From Myxococcota bacterium (GTDB taxonomy: Bacteria; Myxococcota_A; Polyangia; Nannocystales; Nannocystaceae), in the NCBI GenBank assembly GCA_039194325.1, contig JBCCWC010000012.1, positions 1 through 64,000 of the forward strand: 64,000 nucleotides of DNA. Reading direction: 5' to 3'. Shown piece by piece: positions 38,390 to 47,997 of this stretch (positions within the stretch are counted from its first letter, which is position 1; every line of letters begins with the position of its first letter). The notes beneath the pieces are model-generated. The model had not been told where the DNA came from. It worked only from the letters and a program-made list of their open reading frames with translations, and ran no database searches. A program made the translations under genes and the position numbers.

Positions 38390-38775
38390 GCCGAAACTCG
38401 ATACGACGGTTCTATGCCCGCCCCTTCATCGTTGTCGTTGCTCGCCATTGGCTCATCGGGCCCAGCCCTCTTCGTCCAGCCCTCTTCGTCCAGCCCTCTT
38501 CGTGTCGATGCGCACGCCGTCAATGCCGTGCCCGGCCAGCCAGTACTTGACGGCTGAGGCCCGATCGGCCCAAGGTGCTATGTTGGGCTGCCGGTGCATC
38601 GACCATCGATGTGCCCGGGGGGTCTCCACCTTATATGGAGTCGATCCGGATAGTCCCCCGAGCACCTGGCCGCCGCTTCGAGCGCCCCTTGCGACTCTTT
38701 ACGGATCTCAGCGCGACCCGTCTCGAAGTAAATTCCCTCGATCGCCCCGGTAAACTTCTCCACTTCCGCGGCACC
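38390..38775 (-). pseudogene. Degraded OmpA/MotB C-terminal-domain gene
   Basis: Pieces spread over several frames: [56 protein letters not shown] (38393-38410). Confidence 0.8.
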
Positions 38776-38798
38776 AGGCCGCGCTACGCTGTGGATCG

Positions 38799-40463
38799 AT
38801 GGCACGCGAGATCCGAGCTCCTCGGGGAGAACAACGATCCTGCAAGGGTTGGCCGCAGGAGGCCGCCCTGCGCATGCTCATGAACAACCTCGATCCGGAG
38901 GTAGCCGAGCGACCCCAAGACCTCGTCGTCTACGGGGGTACGGGCCGGGCCGCGCGCTCATGGGCGGACTTCGACCGGATCGTGGCCTCGCTGCGTGATC
39001 TGGAGGGCGACGAGACCCTCGTGGTGCAGAGCGGCCGGGCCCAGGGGATCTTCAAGACCCACGAGGATGCCCCCCGGGTCCTCATCGCCAACAGCTTGCT
39101 CGTGCCGCAGTGGGCCCACTGGGACGAGTTCAACCGTCTCGAGGCGCTGGGGCTGACCATGTATGGCCAGATGACCGCGGGCAGCTGGATCTACATCGGC
39201 ACGCAGGGGATCTTGCAGGGTACCTACGAGACCTTCGCCGCGTGCGCCCGGGCCCACTTCGACGGGAACCTGAGCGGTCGCTTGGTGGTGACGGGGGGCC
39301 TGGGGGGCATGGGCGGTGCTCAACCGCTGGCGGCCACCATGAACGGCGCCGCCGTGCTGTGTGTCGAGGTCGACCCGGACCGGATCGAGCGGCGGCTACA
39401 GACCGGTTACCTGATGAAGTCTACCCAGACCCTCGATGAGGCCTTGCGGATGCTCGACGAGGCTCGCAGCCGGGGCGAGGCGCTCTCGGTGGGTCTTTTG
39501 GGCAACTGCGCCGCCGTGCTGCCCGAGCTGGTCCGCCGCGGCGTCATCCCCGACGTCGTCACCGATCAGACCAGCGCCCACGACGAGCTCAACGGCTACG
39601 TGCCCGATGGGCTCTCGCTGGCCGACGCCGCGCAGATGCGCGCCGAGGATCCTCAAGCGTACATACGCCGCAGCGTCGACGCGATGGGTCGGCACGTGGC
39701 GGCCCTGCGCGCCATGCACCAAAAGGGGGCGATCGCCTTCGACTACGGCAACAACATCCGCGCCCAAGCGGTCAAGGCCGGGGTCGACGATGCCTTCGAG
39801 ATCGAGGGCTTCATCCCGCTTTACATCCGCCCCCTCTTTTGCGAAGGGCAGGGGCCGTTTCGCTGGGCGGCGATCTCCGGCGATCCCGAGGACATCCGGC
39901 GTACCGACGACGCGCTCCTCGAGCTGTTTCCGCACAAGGTCCAGCTACGCCGATGGATCGAGCTGGCCCGCAAGCAGGTGCAGTTCCAGGGCTTGCCCTG
40001 CCGGATCTGCTGGCTCGGCTACGGGGAGCGCCAGCGGGCCGGGCTCCGCTTCAACGACATGGTCCGCCGTGGGGAGCTCGCCGGGCCGATCGTGATCGGC
40101 CGCGACCACCTCGACTGCGGCAGCGTGGCCTCGCCCAACCGGGAGACCGAGGGCATGAAGGATGGCTCGGACGCGATCGCCGACTGGCCGGTGCTCAATG
40201 CCCTGCTCAACACCGCCGCCGGAGCGACCTGGGTCTCGGTGCACCATGGCGGCGGGGTGGGGATCGGGTACTCGCTGCACGCGGGCATGGTCGTGGTGGC
40301 CGACGGCAGCGAAGGCGCCGCGCGACGGCTCGAGCGGGTGCTGACGACCGATCCGGGCATGGGCGTGGTCCGGCACGTGGACGCGGGGTACGACGAAGCC
40401 ACGGCCTTCGCGACCCAGCACGGCGTGCGGGTGCCGGGGCGCACGACGTTGACCGACCGATGA
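38799..40463 (+). CDS. hutU: Urocanate hydratase
   Basis: [42 protein letters not shown] and GRDHLD motifs. Confidence 0.98.
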   Translation: MAREIRAPRGEQRSCKGWPQEAALRMLMNNLDPEVAERPQDLVVYGGTGRAARSWADFDRIVASLRDLEGDETLVVQSGRAQGIFKTHEDAPRVLIANSLLVPQWAHWDEFNRLEALGLTMYGQMTAGSWIYIGTQGILQGTYETFAACARAHFDGNLSGRLVVTGGLGGMGGAQPLAATMNGAAVLCVEVDPDRIERRLQTGYLMKSTQTLDEALRMLDEARSRGEALSVGLLGNCAAVLPELVRRGVIPDVVTDQTSAHDELNGYVPDGLSLADAAQMRAEDPQAYIRRSVDAMGRHVAALRAMHQKGAIAFDYGNNIRAQAVKAGVDDAFEIEGFIPLYIRPLFCEGQGPFRWAAISGDPEDIRRTDDALLELFPHKVQLRRWIELARKQVQFQGLPCRICWLGYGERQRAGLRFNDMVRRGELAGPIVIGRDHLDCGSVASPNRETEGMKDGSDAIADWPVLNALLNTAAGATWVSVHHGGGVGIGYSLHAGMVVVADGSEGAARRLERVLTTDPGMGVVRHVDAGYDEATAFATQHGVRVPGRTTLTDR

Positions 40464-41311
40464 CCACCACGGAGCGGCCGCGACCCGCGAGCGAGCAGGA
40501 GGAGGTCGAGGCCGTGGTGGCCGCGATCAAGGGCTCCCGCAAGTATCGGGCGGTCAGCGTGGACACGATCCGCGCGCTGACCCGGCAGGCATACCCCGAG
40601 CACCGCAAGCGCAAGGCGCTGGACAAGGCGGTACGTCGGAGGCTGCACGGGATCGTGGCCTCGCACCTGGGTGATCCCGAGTACGAGGGGCTGGCCGCGA
40701 GCCTGGCTGACGCGCTGGCCCGCGGGGACGCGGCCCAGGAGCGGGTGCTGTGCGCGCACGCCCTGCGTCAGCATCTGAGCACCCGTGAACGCTGGCCGTA
40801 CCTCACGGAGTTCTATGCTGCGATCTTCGAGCACACCGGGCAGCCGGGCACCGTGCTCGACCTGGCCTGCGCACTGGGCCCGCTGGCTCTGCCGTGGATG
40901 GGGCTGCCCGCGACCACCGAGCTATGGGCCTACGACATCCACGAGCCTCGGGTGGCCTTGATCGATGGCTACTTGCGCCAGCGAGGCCAGGCCGGGGGAG
41001 CGGAGGTGCGGGACATCGTGCTCGACCCCCCGCGAAGGAGAGCCGACGTGGTGTTGCTGCTCAAGGAGCTGCATCGGCTCCAGCGCAACTACCCCAGGCT
41101 CGGGTCGGGGCTCGGGTCCGACTGGCTCGCTGCCCTACCCGCGCAGCATCTGGTGGTCTCGCTGCCCGCGATCAGCGCTCATGGCGGCCGGCGGCTGACG
41201 ACGCACTATCGGCAAATGATCCACCGGCTGGTCGACGGGCGCGGCTGGGCCATCCAGGAGATAGGATTCGAGCACGAGGTGGTGTTTTGCCTGGACACCC
41301 GACCGGGCTGA
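40460..41311 (+). CDS. 16S rRNA (guanine-1405-N7)-methyltransferase-like protein (FmrO/Sgm/Rmt family)
   Basis: [42 protein letters not shown] and VVSLP motifs; ATGA overlap with the hutU stop. Confidence 0.8.
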   Translation: MTTTERPRPASEQEEVEAVVAAIKGSRKYRAVSVDTIRALTRQAYPEHRKRKALDKAVRRRLHGIVASHLGDPEYEGLAASLADALARGDAAQERVLCAHALRQHLSTRERWPYLTEFYAAIFEHTGQPGTVLDLACALGPLALPWMGLPATTELWAYDIHEPRVALIDGYLRQRGQAGGAEVRDIVLDPPRRRADVVLLLKELHRLQRNYPRLGSGLGSDWLAALPAQHLVVSLPAISAHGGRRLTTHYRQMIHRLVDGRGWAIQEIGFEHEVVFCLDTRPG

Positions 41312-41396
41312 GGCGCCACGGCTACTCGGCACCCGAGGAAGACTTGTGGCTCCAGGGCGGGCTGTCCTTCCGCGCTCGAAATTAGACCACGGGGGG

Positions 41397-41658
41397 GTCC
41401 ACCACCTCCCCCAGCCCCAATCTTTAGCCTCCGGCGAGGTCCACCACCTCACCCTGCCCCAATCTTTGGCCCTCGGGGAGGTCTACCACCTCACCCTGCC
41501 CCAATCTTTGGCCCTCGGGGAGGTCTACCACCTCCCCCCAGCCCCAATCTTTAGCCTCCGGCGAGGTCCACCACCTCACCCTGCACCAATCTTTGGCCCT
41601 CGGGGAGGTCCACCACCTCACCGAGGGCCAATCTTTAGCCCCCGGAGAGTCGACCACC
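41397..41658. repeat. 42-bp tandem repeat, six degenerate copies plus a partial copy
   Basis: Unit GTCCACCACCTCACCCTGCCCCAATCTTTGGCCCTCGGGGAG; the fourth unit is 43 bp. Confidence 0.9.
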
Positions 41659-41780
41659 GAGCCTCGGCCGATCTCGAGCGCGTCACCAGCGCAGCACCGG
41701 TGCACGCGCGCGTCGAGGGTCGGCTATCGCCATCAAAGTTGCGATCGGCGGCCCGCTGGGCCAAAGGTGGTCTCCTCGCG

Positions 41781-42503
41781 ATGCTCTACATCGTCGCCAC
41801 CCCCATCGGGAACCTCGAGGACGTGTCGCTGCGGGCCATCGAGGTGCTGCGCTCGGTCGACGTGGTGGCCAGCGAGGACACCCGCCACACCGCCAAGCTG
41901 CTGGCTCGCCACGAGATCAAGGCGCGTCAGATGCCCTTCCACGAGCACAACGAGAAGCGGGTGGTGGGCAAGATCGTCAAGCTCCTCGAGGACGGCCGCG
42001 ACGTAGCCCTCGTCTCCGACGCCGGCACGCCCGGCATCGCCGACCCTGGCTTCTCCCTTGTGCGCCGCTGCCACGAAGAAGGATTGCCGGTGACCATGGT
42101 GCCTGGACCCGCCGCGCTCGTGATGGCCGTGGTGCTCAGCGGGCTGCCCTTGCACTCGTTCACCTTCCGAGGCTTTCCCCCCCGCAAGCCGGGCAAGCGG
42201 CGGCGGTTCCTGGCGGTGGACGCGGATTCCCCGCACACCCTGGTGTTCTACGAGAGCCCGTATCGAGTCCGCGCGCTACTGGGGGATGCACTCGAGGTCT
42301 ACGGCGATCGCCGGGCTGCGCTCTGCAACGACCTGACCAAGAAGTTCGAGGCGGTCCACCGCGGCACCTTGAGCGAGTTGGGGCAGCGACTCGAGAAGGA
42401 TGGGGCCAAGGGAGAGTACGTGGTGGTGGTCGAGGGGCATACGGACGAGGCCAGCGATGGCGAGGACGCCGACGCTGGTCCCAACCAGCAGGACGTGCTT
42501 TAG
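41781..42503 (+). CDS. rsmI: 16S rRNA (cytidine-1402-2'-O)-methyltransferase
   Basis: [30 protein letters not shown] and YESPYR motifs. Confidence 0.95.
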   Translation: MLYIVATPIGNLEDVSLRAIEVLRSVDVVASEDTRHTAKLLARHEIKARQMPFHEHNEKRVVGKIVKLLEDGRDVALVSDAGTPGIADPGFSLVRRCHEEGLPVTMVPGPAALVMAVVLSGLPLHSFTFRGFPPRKPGKRRRFLAVDADSPHTLVFYESPYRVRALLGDALEVYGDRRAALCNDLTKKFEAVHRGTLSELGQRLEKDGAKGEYVVVVEGHTDEASDGEDADAGPNQQDVL

Positions 42504-42520
42504 TCGGGCTCCTCTCGACG

Positions 42521-43963
42521 ATGCTCACTCGCCTCAAGATCAAAGGCTTCAAGAACCTAGTGGATGTGGAAGTCCGCCTCGGTCCGATCACGTGCATTGC
42601 GGGACCGAACGGTGTGGGCAAATCCAACCTCTTCGATGCGATTCACTTTCTGTCCTTGCTCGCCGACAAACCCTTCGTGGAGGCCGCCATAGAGGTTCGA
42701 GGGGGTGCTGAGCTGCGAGACCTATTCACAATCGGCGGAAATGGCCGCATCGAGGTCGAGTGCGACGTAATCATCCCCCAGGTAGGAACCGACGACTTTG
42801 GCCAACCCGCGGAGGCGAGCTACACGTATCTCACATACGAGCTCACATTTAGGTATGACGATCCGGTAGAAGGGCCGGGCGTGCCACGGATCCGCCTCGA
42901 GCACGAGAGACTCGCCTACATTACGAGATCCGAAGCACGTCATGCACTCGGGTTCGATACCAGCTCTACCTTCCGCGATTCCGTCGTCTTCAGCTCGGCC
43001 AGACGGACTACGTTCATCTCCACTGAAGATGGCCATATCCGGCTCCAAGTCGATCGCATGCAGGACGAGACGAAGTCTCAGCGAGGAGGTGGAAAACCGG
43101 TCGAATTCCTCAGCGAGCGTTTGCCACGCACCGTATTGTCCTCAGCGCAGAATGCCGAGGAGCATCGAACTGCCGTACTATTGCGTCAGGAGATGCGCCG
43201 CTGGCGTCAACTCCAGCTGGAACCCTCGGCTCTACGCCGAGCCGACGACTTTCAGAGTCCGCAAGCTATCTCGGCCTCGGGGGCTCACGTTGCTGCCACC
43301 CTCTATCGTCTCGCGATGAACGATGGGGAAGACGTCTATGCTGAAGTCGCCAATCGCCTTGCCGAGTTGGTCGACGGGGTCAAGTCCATTCGTGTCGACC
43401 GCGACGAAGGGCGGCGTCTCTTTCGCCTGATGATGAGGGATCTACACGGCGTAGAGCTACCCGCAAGCTCGCTCTCGGACGGAACCCTCCGCTTCATTGC
43501 ACTGGCGGTCATGGAGCTCGACCCCGAGGCCACCGGTGTCGTATGTCTCGAAGAGCCGGAGAATGGGATCCACCCCAAGCGAGTCGAGGCGATGCTCAGG
43601 CTCTTGGTGGACATGGCCGTCGATCCCCACGAAGCCGTCGAGGATGGAAACCAACTGCGGCAAGTCCTGGTAAGCACCCATTCCCCGCTCGTCGTCGAGA
43701 ACGCGGCAGCTGAAGATGTGGTCTTTGCGACCTCCCGAGTTCAGCGTCTCGGCAAACGCACCAGCCGTGGGTTGGCCTTCCGGGGACTTGAGCAAACCTG
43801 GCGGGCGGAAGATGACAGCGGAATCTCCAAGGGAGAGGTGTTGTCGTATCTGAATCCGTCCGCGAGCATCATCGAAAGCGGTCATTCTACCTCTCGACCG
43901 AAAACGGTGAAGGAAGTGCTCAAGGGAAGCCAAGAGCAACTGGCCTTCCAACTGGAGACATGA
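42521..43963 (+). CDS. AAA_21/AAA_15-type (ABC-like) ATPase; candidate defence component
   Basis: GPNGVGKSN Walker A, LSDGT signature, LEEPENGIHP Walker B and STHSP; codon usage differs from the neighbours. Confidence 0.9.
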   Translation: MLTRLKIKGFKNLVDVEVRLGPITCIAGPNGVGKSNLFDAIHFLSLLADKPFVEAAIEVRGGAELRDLFTIGGNGRIEVECDVIIPQVGTDDFGQPAEASYTYLTYELTFRYDDPVEGPGVPRIRLEHERLAYITRSEARHALGFDTSSTFRDSVVFSSARRTTFISTEDGHIRLQVDRMQDETKSQRGGGKPVEFLSERLPRTVLSSAQNAEEHRTAVLLRQEMRRWRQLQLEPSALRRADDFQSPQAISASGAHVAATLYRLAMNDGEDVYAEVANRLAELVDGVKSIRVDRDEGRRLFRLMMRDLHGVELPASSLSDGTLRFIALAVMELDPEATGVVCLEEPENGIHPKRVEAMLRLLVDMAVDPHEAVEDGNQLRQVLVSTHSPLVVENAAAEDVVFATSRVQRLGKRTSRGLAFRGLEQTWRAEDDSGISKGEVLSYLNPSASIIESGHSTSRPKTVKEVLKGSQEQLAFQLET

Positions 43964-44599
43964 ATGATGCGGCCACGACCGGTGCGCTACATCCTCGTCA
44001 CCGACGGCTCATCTGATGCGTGCCTCTTGCATCCGATCCGCTGGCTGATGGCGTCCATGGGCTGGGTCGAGGTCGAAGGTCAGTGGGCAGATCTCCGCGT
44101 CGTTCCCGACGTAGGGCGTGGCCTAGTTGCCCGTCTTCGGACTGCCCTGAACCACTACTCTGGCGAGCTTCTGTTCATTCACCGTGACGCCGAGGCAGAT
44201 CCCCTCGAACACCGACTTGAGGAGATCCGGGCCGCGATATCGACCCTTGGCTCATCGATACCTCACGTGTGCGTCGTACCCGTCCGCATGACCGAAGCGT
44301 GGCTAATCCATGACGAAGCAGCAATAAGGACCGCATCGGGCAAACCTCGGGGCAATGCCCGGCTGAACCTGCCCCCCATCAAGAAAATCGAAGAGCTCGC
44401 CAATCCCAAGTCGACGCTCCGCGATGCGCTGCTCACCGCGAGCGAAGCCACCGGTCGAATTCGTAAGCGGAAGCTCCGAGACTTCGGCTCGATGAGGTCC
44501 CGCGTCGCTGAGCTCATCGAGGACTATGCTCCTCTTCGGGCGTTAAAGGCGTTCGATCACTTCGAGCGGGAGTTACGAGGCATCCTCGAGTCGATGTAA
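43964..44599 (+). CDS. DUF4276-like (TOPRIM/RloB-like) partner of the ATPase
   Basis: VTDGSSD, FIHRDAE, VPVRMTEAWL and NPK motifs; abuts the ATPase stop. Confidence 0.75.
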   Translation: MMRPRPVRYILVTDGSSDACLLHPIRWLMASMGWVEVEGQWADLRVVPDVGRGLVARLRTALNHYSGELLFIHRDAEADPLEHRLEEIRAAISTLGSSIPHVCVVPVRMTEAWLIHDEAAIRTASGKPRGNARLNLPPIKKIEELANPKSTLRDALLTASEATGRIRKRKLRDFGSMRSRVAELIEDYAPLRALKAFDHFERELRGILESM

Positions 44600-44834
44600 G
44601 TAGCCTGCGGCTCTCCACAGTTCGTGCCCTCGATCGTTTGGTCTCGGACCGGACGGACCTTCGATCGGCCGCGCCTGCAGAGCTGCGCAAATACGAACCG
44701 CAACGACTGCCCACCCGCGCGGCAACCGACACCCCTGTCGATTTCCTGATCGCCCCGACCGGGGCCGTCGATCACCAAGTCCCCGTCACCACGCGGTCTT
44801 TGGTTGGCACCCTCCGTGCATAGCCTCGGGGTGA

Positions 44835-46526
44835 ATGAACGATACGACACTCCATGATCCCGAAGTCCTCGTCGTCGGAGCCGGCCCCACCGGGCTGGTC
44901 GCCGCCGTGCAACTGGCCGAGCGCGGCGTCTCGGTGCGCATCATCGACGCCACCCCCGTACGCTCCGACAAGAGCCGCGCCCTTGGAGTGCAAGCCCGCA
45001 CGCTAGAGCTGCTGGACAAGATGGGCCTGGCCGAGCGCTTGATCGCACAGGGAGAGCGTACCGGCGCCATCAACTTCCACGTGGAGGGGCGACATACCGC
45101 CCACCTCCCGCTCGGGGAGCTCGACGTCGACCACACTCCCTTCCCGTACCTCCTGTTCGTCTCCCAGGTAAAGACCGAGCGCGTGCTCGAGGAGCGCCTC
45201 AACGAGCTCGGAGTGCAGGTCGAGCGCCCGGTACAGCTGCTCGATCTACGCCAAGACGAGCACAGAGTCTCGGCTCGGGTGCGACACGACGGACAAGAAC
45301 AGATCATCACCGCCCGCTACCTCATCGGCGCCGACGGGGCCCACAGCACCGTCCGGCACGCGCTCGAGCTGCCATTTCACGGCGACGCCTACGATAGCGA
45401 GTTCATCCTGGGCGACGTGGAGGCCACCGGGGATCTCGCCTTCGACGAGCTCCACATGTTCGTCGCCCGTAAGGGCGTGGTGGTGATCTTCCCGCTGACC
45501 CGCACCACGGTCCGCGTGATGGCCACGGGCTTCCCCGTCGCGCGCGACGACGAGCTGACCCTGGCCGAGCTGCAAGAGCAGACCACGTTGCTCTCGGGAC
45601 GACCCGACCTACGCCTGACGCGACCGACCTGGCTGTCGCGCTTCCGGCTGCACCACCGTGGAGTCGATCGCTACCGCGTGGGCCGGGTCTTCATCGCCGG
45701 CGACGCCGCGCATATCCACAGCCCCGCCGGGGGCCAGGGCATGAACACCGGGATCCAAGACTCGTACAACCTGGCCTGGAAGCTCGCCATGGTCCTGCAA
45801 GGGCAAGCCACCGACACACTGCTCGACAGCTATCACGCCGAGCGTTACCCGGTGGGACAGCGACTGCTCGGCTTCACCGATCGGCTGTTCTCTGTAATGA
45901 GCACGCTGGGCCCCATCACCGCTCGACTGCGCAACTGGCTGACCCCGATCTTGCTGCCACGAGTGTTCGACGCCCGCGGCTCGCGGATCTTCGCGTTTGC
46001 CTCCCAAATAGGCATCCGCTACCGCCGCAGCCCGGTGGTGGCCGAGGTCAGCGACGGGACCGACGCCCGATTCTCGCGGGGCGCACGAGCGGGAGATCGC
46101 GCGCCAGGGGCCCCGCTGCCACAGGGGCGCTTCTTGTCGCACCTACGCGGGTCAGGATGGTGGCTGCTGGGCTTTTGCGGCGAAGGTGACGCGGCCACCG
46201 ACGCAGAGCGCCTGAGGACTCGGCTGCAGGCGGTCTGCGCCGACGCTCCGTGGATCCAACCGCTGATGATCTCGTCTACACCTCGGCCCGAGACCGAGGG
46301 CTGGGTCCTCGACCACGAGGGCATGCTGCACGAACGCTACGGCCTGACCGGCCCTGGCCTGGTCCTCGTACGCCCCGACGGCCACATCGCGTTTCGCAGC
46401 GCGGGGCCGGGCGTCGACGCGCTGTGGGCCTGGCTGGATGCTCAGCGCCCGACGAGACCCTCCGCATCGGCCGTGCGGGCCCTGCCTTCGGCCGACGCCC
46501 GCTCCGAAGTCGCCCGCGCGGGCTGA
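44835..46526 (+). CDS. FAD-dependent monooxygenase (PheA/TfdB-like aromatic hydroxylase)
   Basis: GAGPTG, GADGAHS, GDAAHIHSPAGGQGMNTG and LVRPDG motifs. Confidence 0.95.
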   Translation: MNDTTLHDPEVLVVGAGPTGLVAAVQLAERGVSVRIIDATPVRSDKSRALGVQARTLELLDKMGLAERLIAQGERTGAINFHVEGRHTAHLPLGELDVDHTPFPYLLFVSQVKTERVLEERLNELGVQVERPVQLLDLRQDEHRVSARVRHDGQEQIITARYLIGADGAHSTVRHALELPFHGDAYDSEFILGDVEATGDLAFDELHMFVARKGVVVIFPLTRTTVRVMATGFPVARDDELTLAELQEQTTLLSGRPDLRLTRPTWLSRFRLHHRGVDRYRVGRVFIAGDAAHIHSPAGGQGMNTGIQDSYNLAWKLAMVLQGQATDTLLDSYHAERYPVGQRLLGFTDRLFSVMSTLGPITARLRNWLTPILLPRVFDARGSRIFAFASQIGIRYRRSPVVAEVSDGTDARFSRGARAGDRAPGAPLPQGRFLSHLRGSGWWLLGFCGEGDAATDAERLRTRLQAVCADAPWIQPLMISSTPRPETEGWVLDHEGMLHERYGLTGPGLVLVRPDGHIAFRSAGPGVDALWAWLDAQRPTRPSASAVRALPSADARSEVARAG

Positions 46527-46644
46527 TCTCAGCGCCGCTGGTCACTACACCCCCCCATGGGGCATCCGGCGAGCGGTTCCCAGCGCCGGCGCTCGCCGGG
46601 ACGTCCATGCAACGCCCTGGCGAGCGCAGCCGGCCCCGCATAGC

Positions 46645-47997
46645 TCAGCGAAGCCCGTGCCGCTTGAGCTTGTCGAGCAAGGTCGCCCGACTCAGCTGGA
46701 GGCGGCGGGCCATCTCGCTGTGGTTGCCTCCGCTGGCCTCGAGCTCCTCGACGAGGATCCGCCGCTCGTAGGCGGCCAAGCGCTCTCGGAGCCCCCCGGC
46801 TTCTTCGATGGTCGTGGGGGTCGTCGTGGCGGCCGCGGGCGCCATGTCGAGCGACTCCAGCGACTCGATGACCGGCCCCGTCGCCAGGGCCACCATGCGC
46901 TCTACCGCGTGCTCGAGCTCGCGAACGTTGCCCGGCCAGGGGTTGGCCACCAACTGCTCGCGCACGCGCTGCGAGAGCCTCACGTCGTCCATACCAAAGC
47001 GCTCGGCATACTTGACGACGAAGTGCTCCGCCAGCGGCAAGATGTCGCCGGGTCGTTCCCGCAGCGGCGGCACGTGCACCTGCACCACGTGGATCCGATA
47101 GAAGAGATCCTCGCGAAAGCGGCCCTCGGCCACTTCCTTGCGAAGGTCGCGGTTGGTGGCCGCCAAAAGCCGTACGTCGACCTCGACGGTACGCTCCTCG
47201 CCCACCGGCCGCACTTCGCCTTCCTGCAGCACGCGTAGCAGCGAAGCCTGCATGGCGGGGGTGAGCTCGCCGACCTCGTCGAGCAGCAGGGTCCCGCCGT
47301 GCGCCTCACGAAACAGGCCTGGGCGGCTGCGGTTGGCCCCGGTGAACGCTCCCCGGGCGTGGCCGAAGAGCTCCGCCTCGGCCAGCTCGGCGGTGACCGC
47401 CGCACAGTTGAAGCGCAGGTAGGGTCGGGCCGCCCGACGCGAGCCGCGGACCAAGGCCCGCGCCACCAGTTCCTTGCCCGTACCGCTGTCGCCAGTAATC
47501 AGCACGGTCACGTCCTTGTCGGCCACCCGCTCGACTACTTGGGCCACCCGCTGCATCCCCTCGGAGGCAAAGACCATCGTCTGCCCCAGCTGGATCCCCG
47601 CGCGCAGCCTCTGGTTTTCGCGCGCGAGCCGGGCGGTGCCCAGGCTCCGATGAAGCACCCGGGCCACCTCATCGGCGTCGAAGGGCTTGGCAAAGTAGTC
47701 CAGCGCCCCCCGCTTCATCGCCTCGACCGCGGTGCGCTCCGAGCCATGCGCGGTGACCATGATCGCCGGTGGAGCGTCTTGCCGCTCACGCAACGCGGAC
47801 AGGAGCGCCATCCCGTCCATCCGCGGCATGGTCAGATCGGTGATCACCAGATCGACGGCCCGGCCGTCGAGGCATGATAGGGCTTGCTCTCCGTCCTCGG
47901 CCTCGAGCACCTCGAAGCCCTCGTCCTCCAGGATCGCGCGGAGGGTAAAGCGAACGCGGGGTTCGTCGTCGACGACGAGGACGGCGGGCTGGCTCAT
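46645..47997 (-). CDS. Sigma-54-dependent response regulator (NtrC family)
   Basis: Receiver domain, GDSGTGKE, GAFTGA, LLDEVGE, WPGNVREL and a Fis-type HTH. Confidence 0.97.
   Translation of the reverse strand: MSQPAVLVVDDEPRVRFTLRAILEDEGFEVLEAEDGEQALSCLDGRAVDLVITDLTMPRMDGMALLSALRERQDAPPAIMVTAHGSERTAVEAMKRGALDYFAKPFDADEVARVLHRSLGTARLARENQRLRAGIQLGQTMVFASEGMQRVAQVVERVADKDVTVLITGDSGTGKELVARALVRGSRRAARPYLRFNCAAVTAELAEAELFGHARGAFTGANRSRPGLFREAHGGTLLLDEVGELTPAMQASLLRVLQEGEVRPVGEERTVEVDVRLLAATNRDLRKEVAEGRFREDLFYRIHVVQVHVPPLRERPGDILPLAEHFVVKYAERFGMDDVRLSQRVREQLVANPWPGNVRELEHAVERMVALATGPVIESLESLDMAPAAATTTPTTIEEAGGLRERLAAYERRILVEELEASGGNHSEMARRLQLSRATLLDKLKRHGLR

Noticed and set aside
39839..40459. 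N-terminal half of the 490-aa ORF
   Set aside because: It overlaps hutU out of frame; the real gene starts at the ATGA overlap (40460).
41397..41658. Possible CRISPR array
   Set aside because: The units are contiguous with no unique spacers, and there are no cas genes in the window.
41346..41780. N-terminal extension of rsmI
   Set aside because: RsmI homology starts at [11 protein letters not shown] (41781); the extension is read-through of the tandem repeat.
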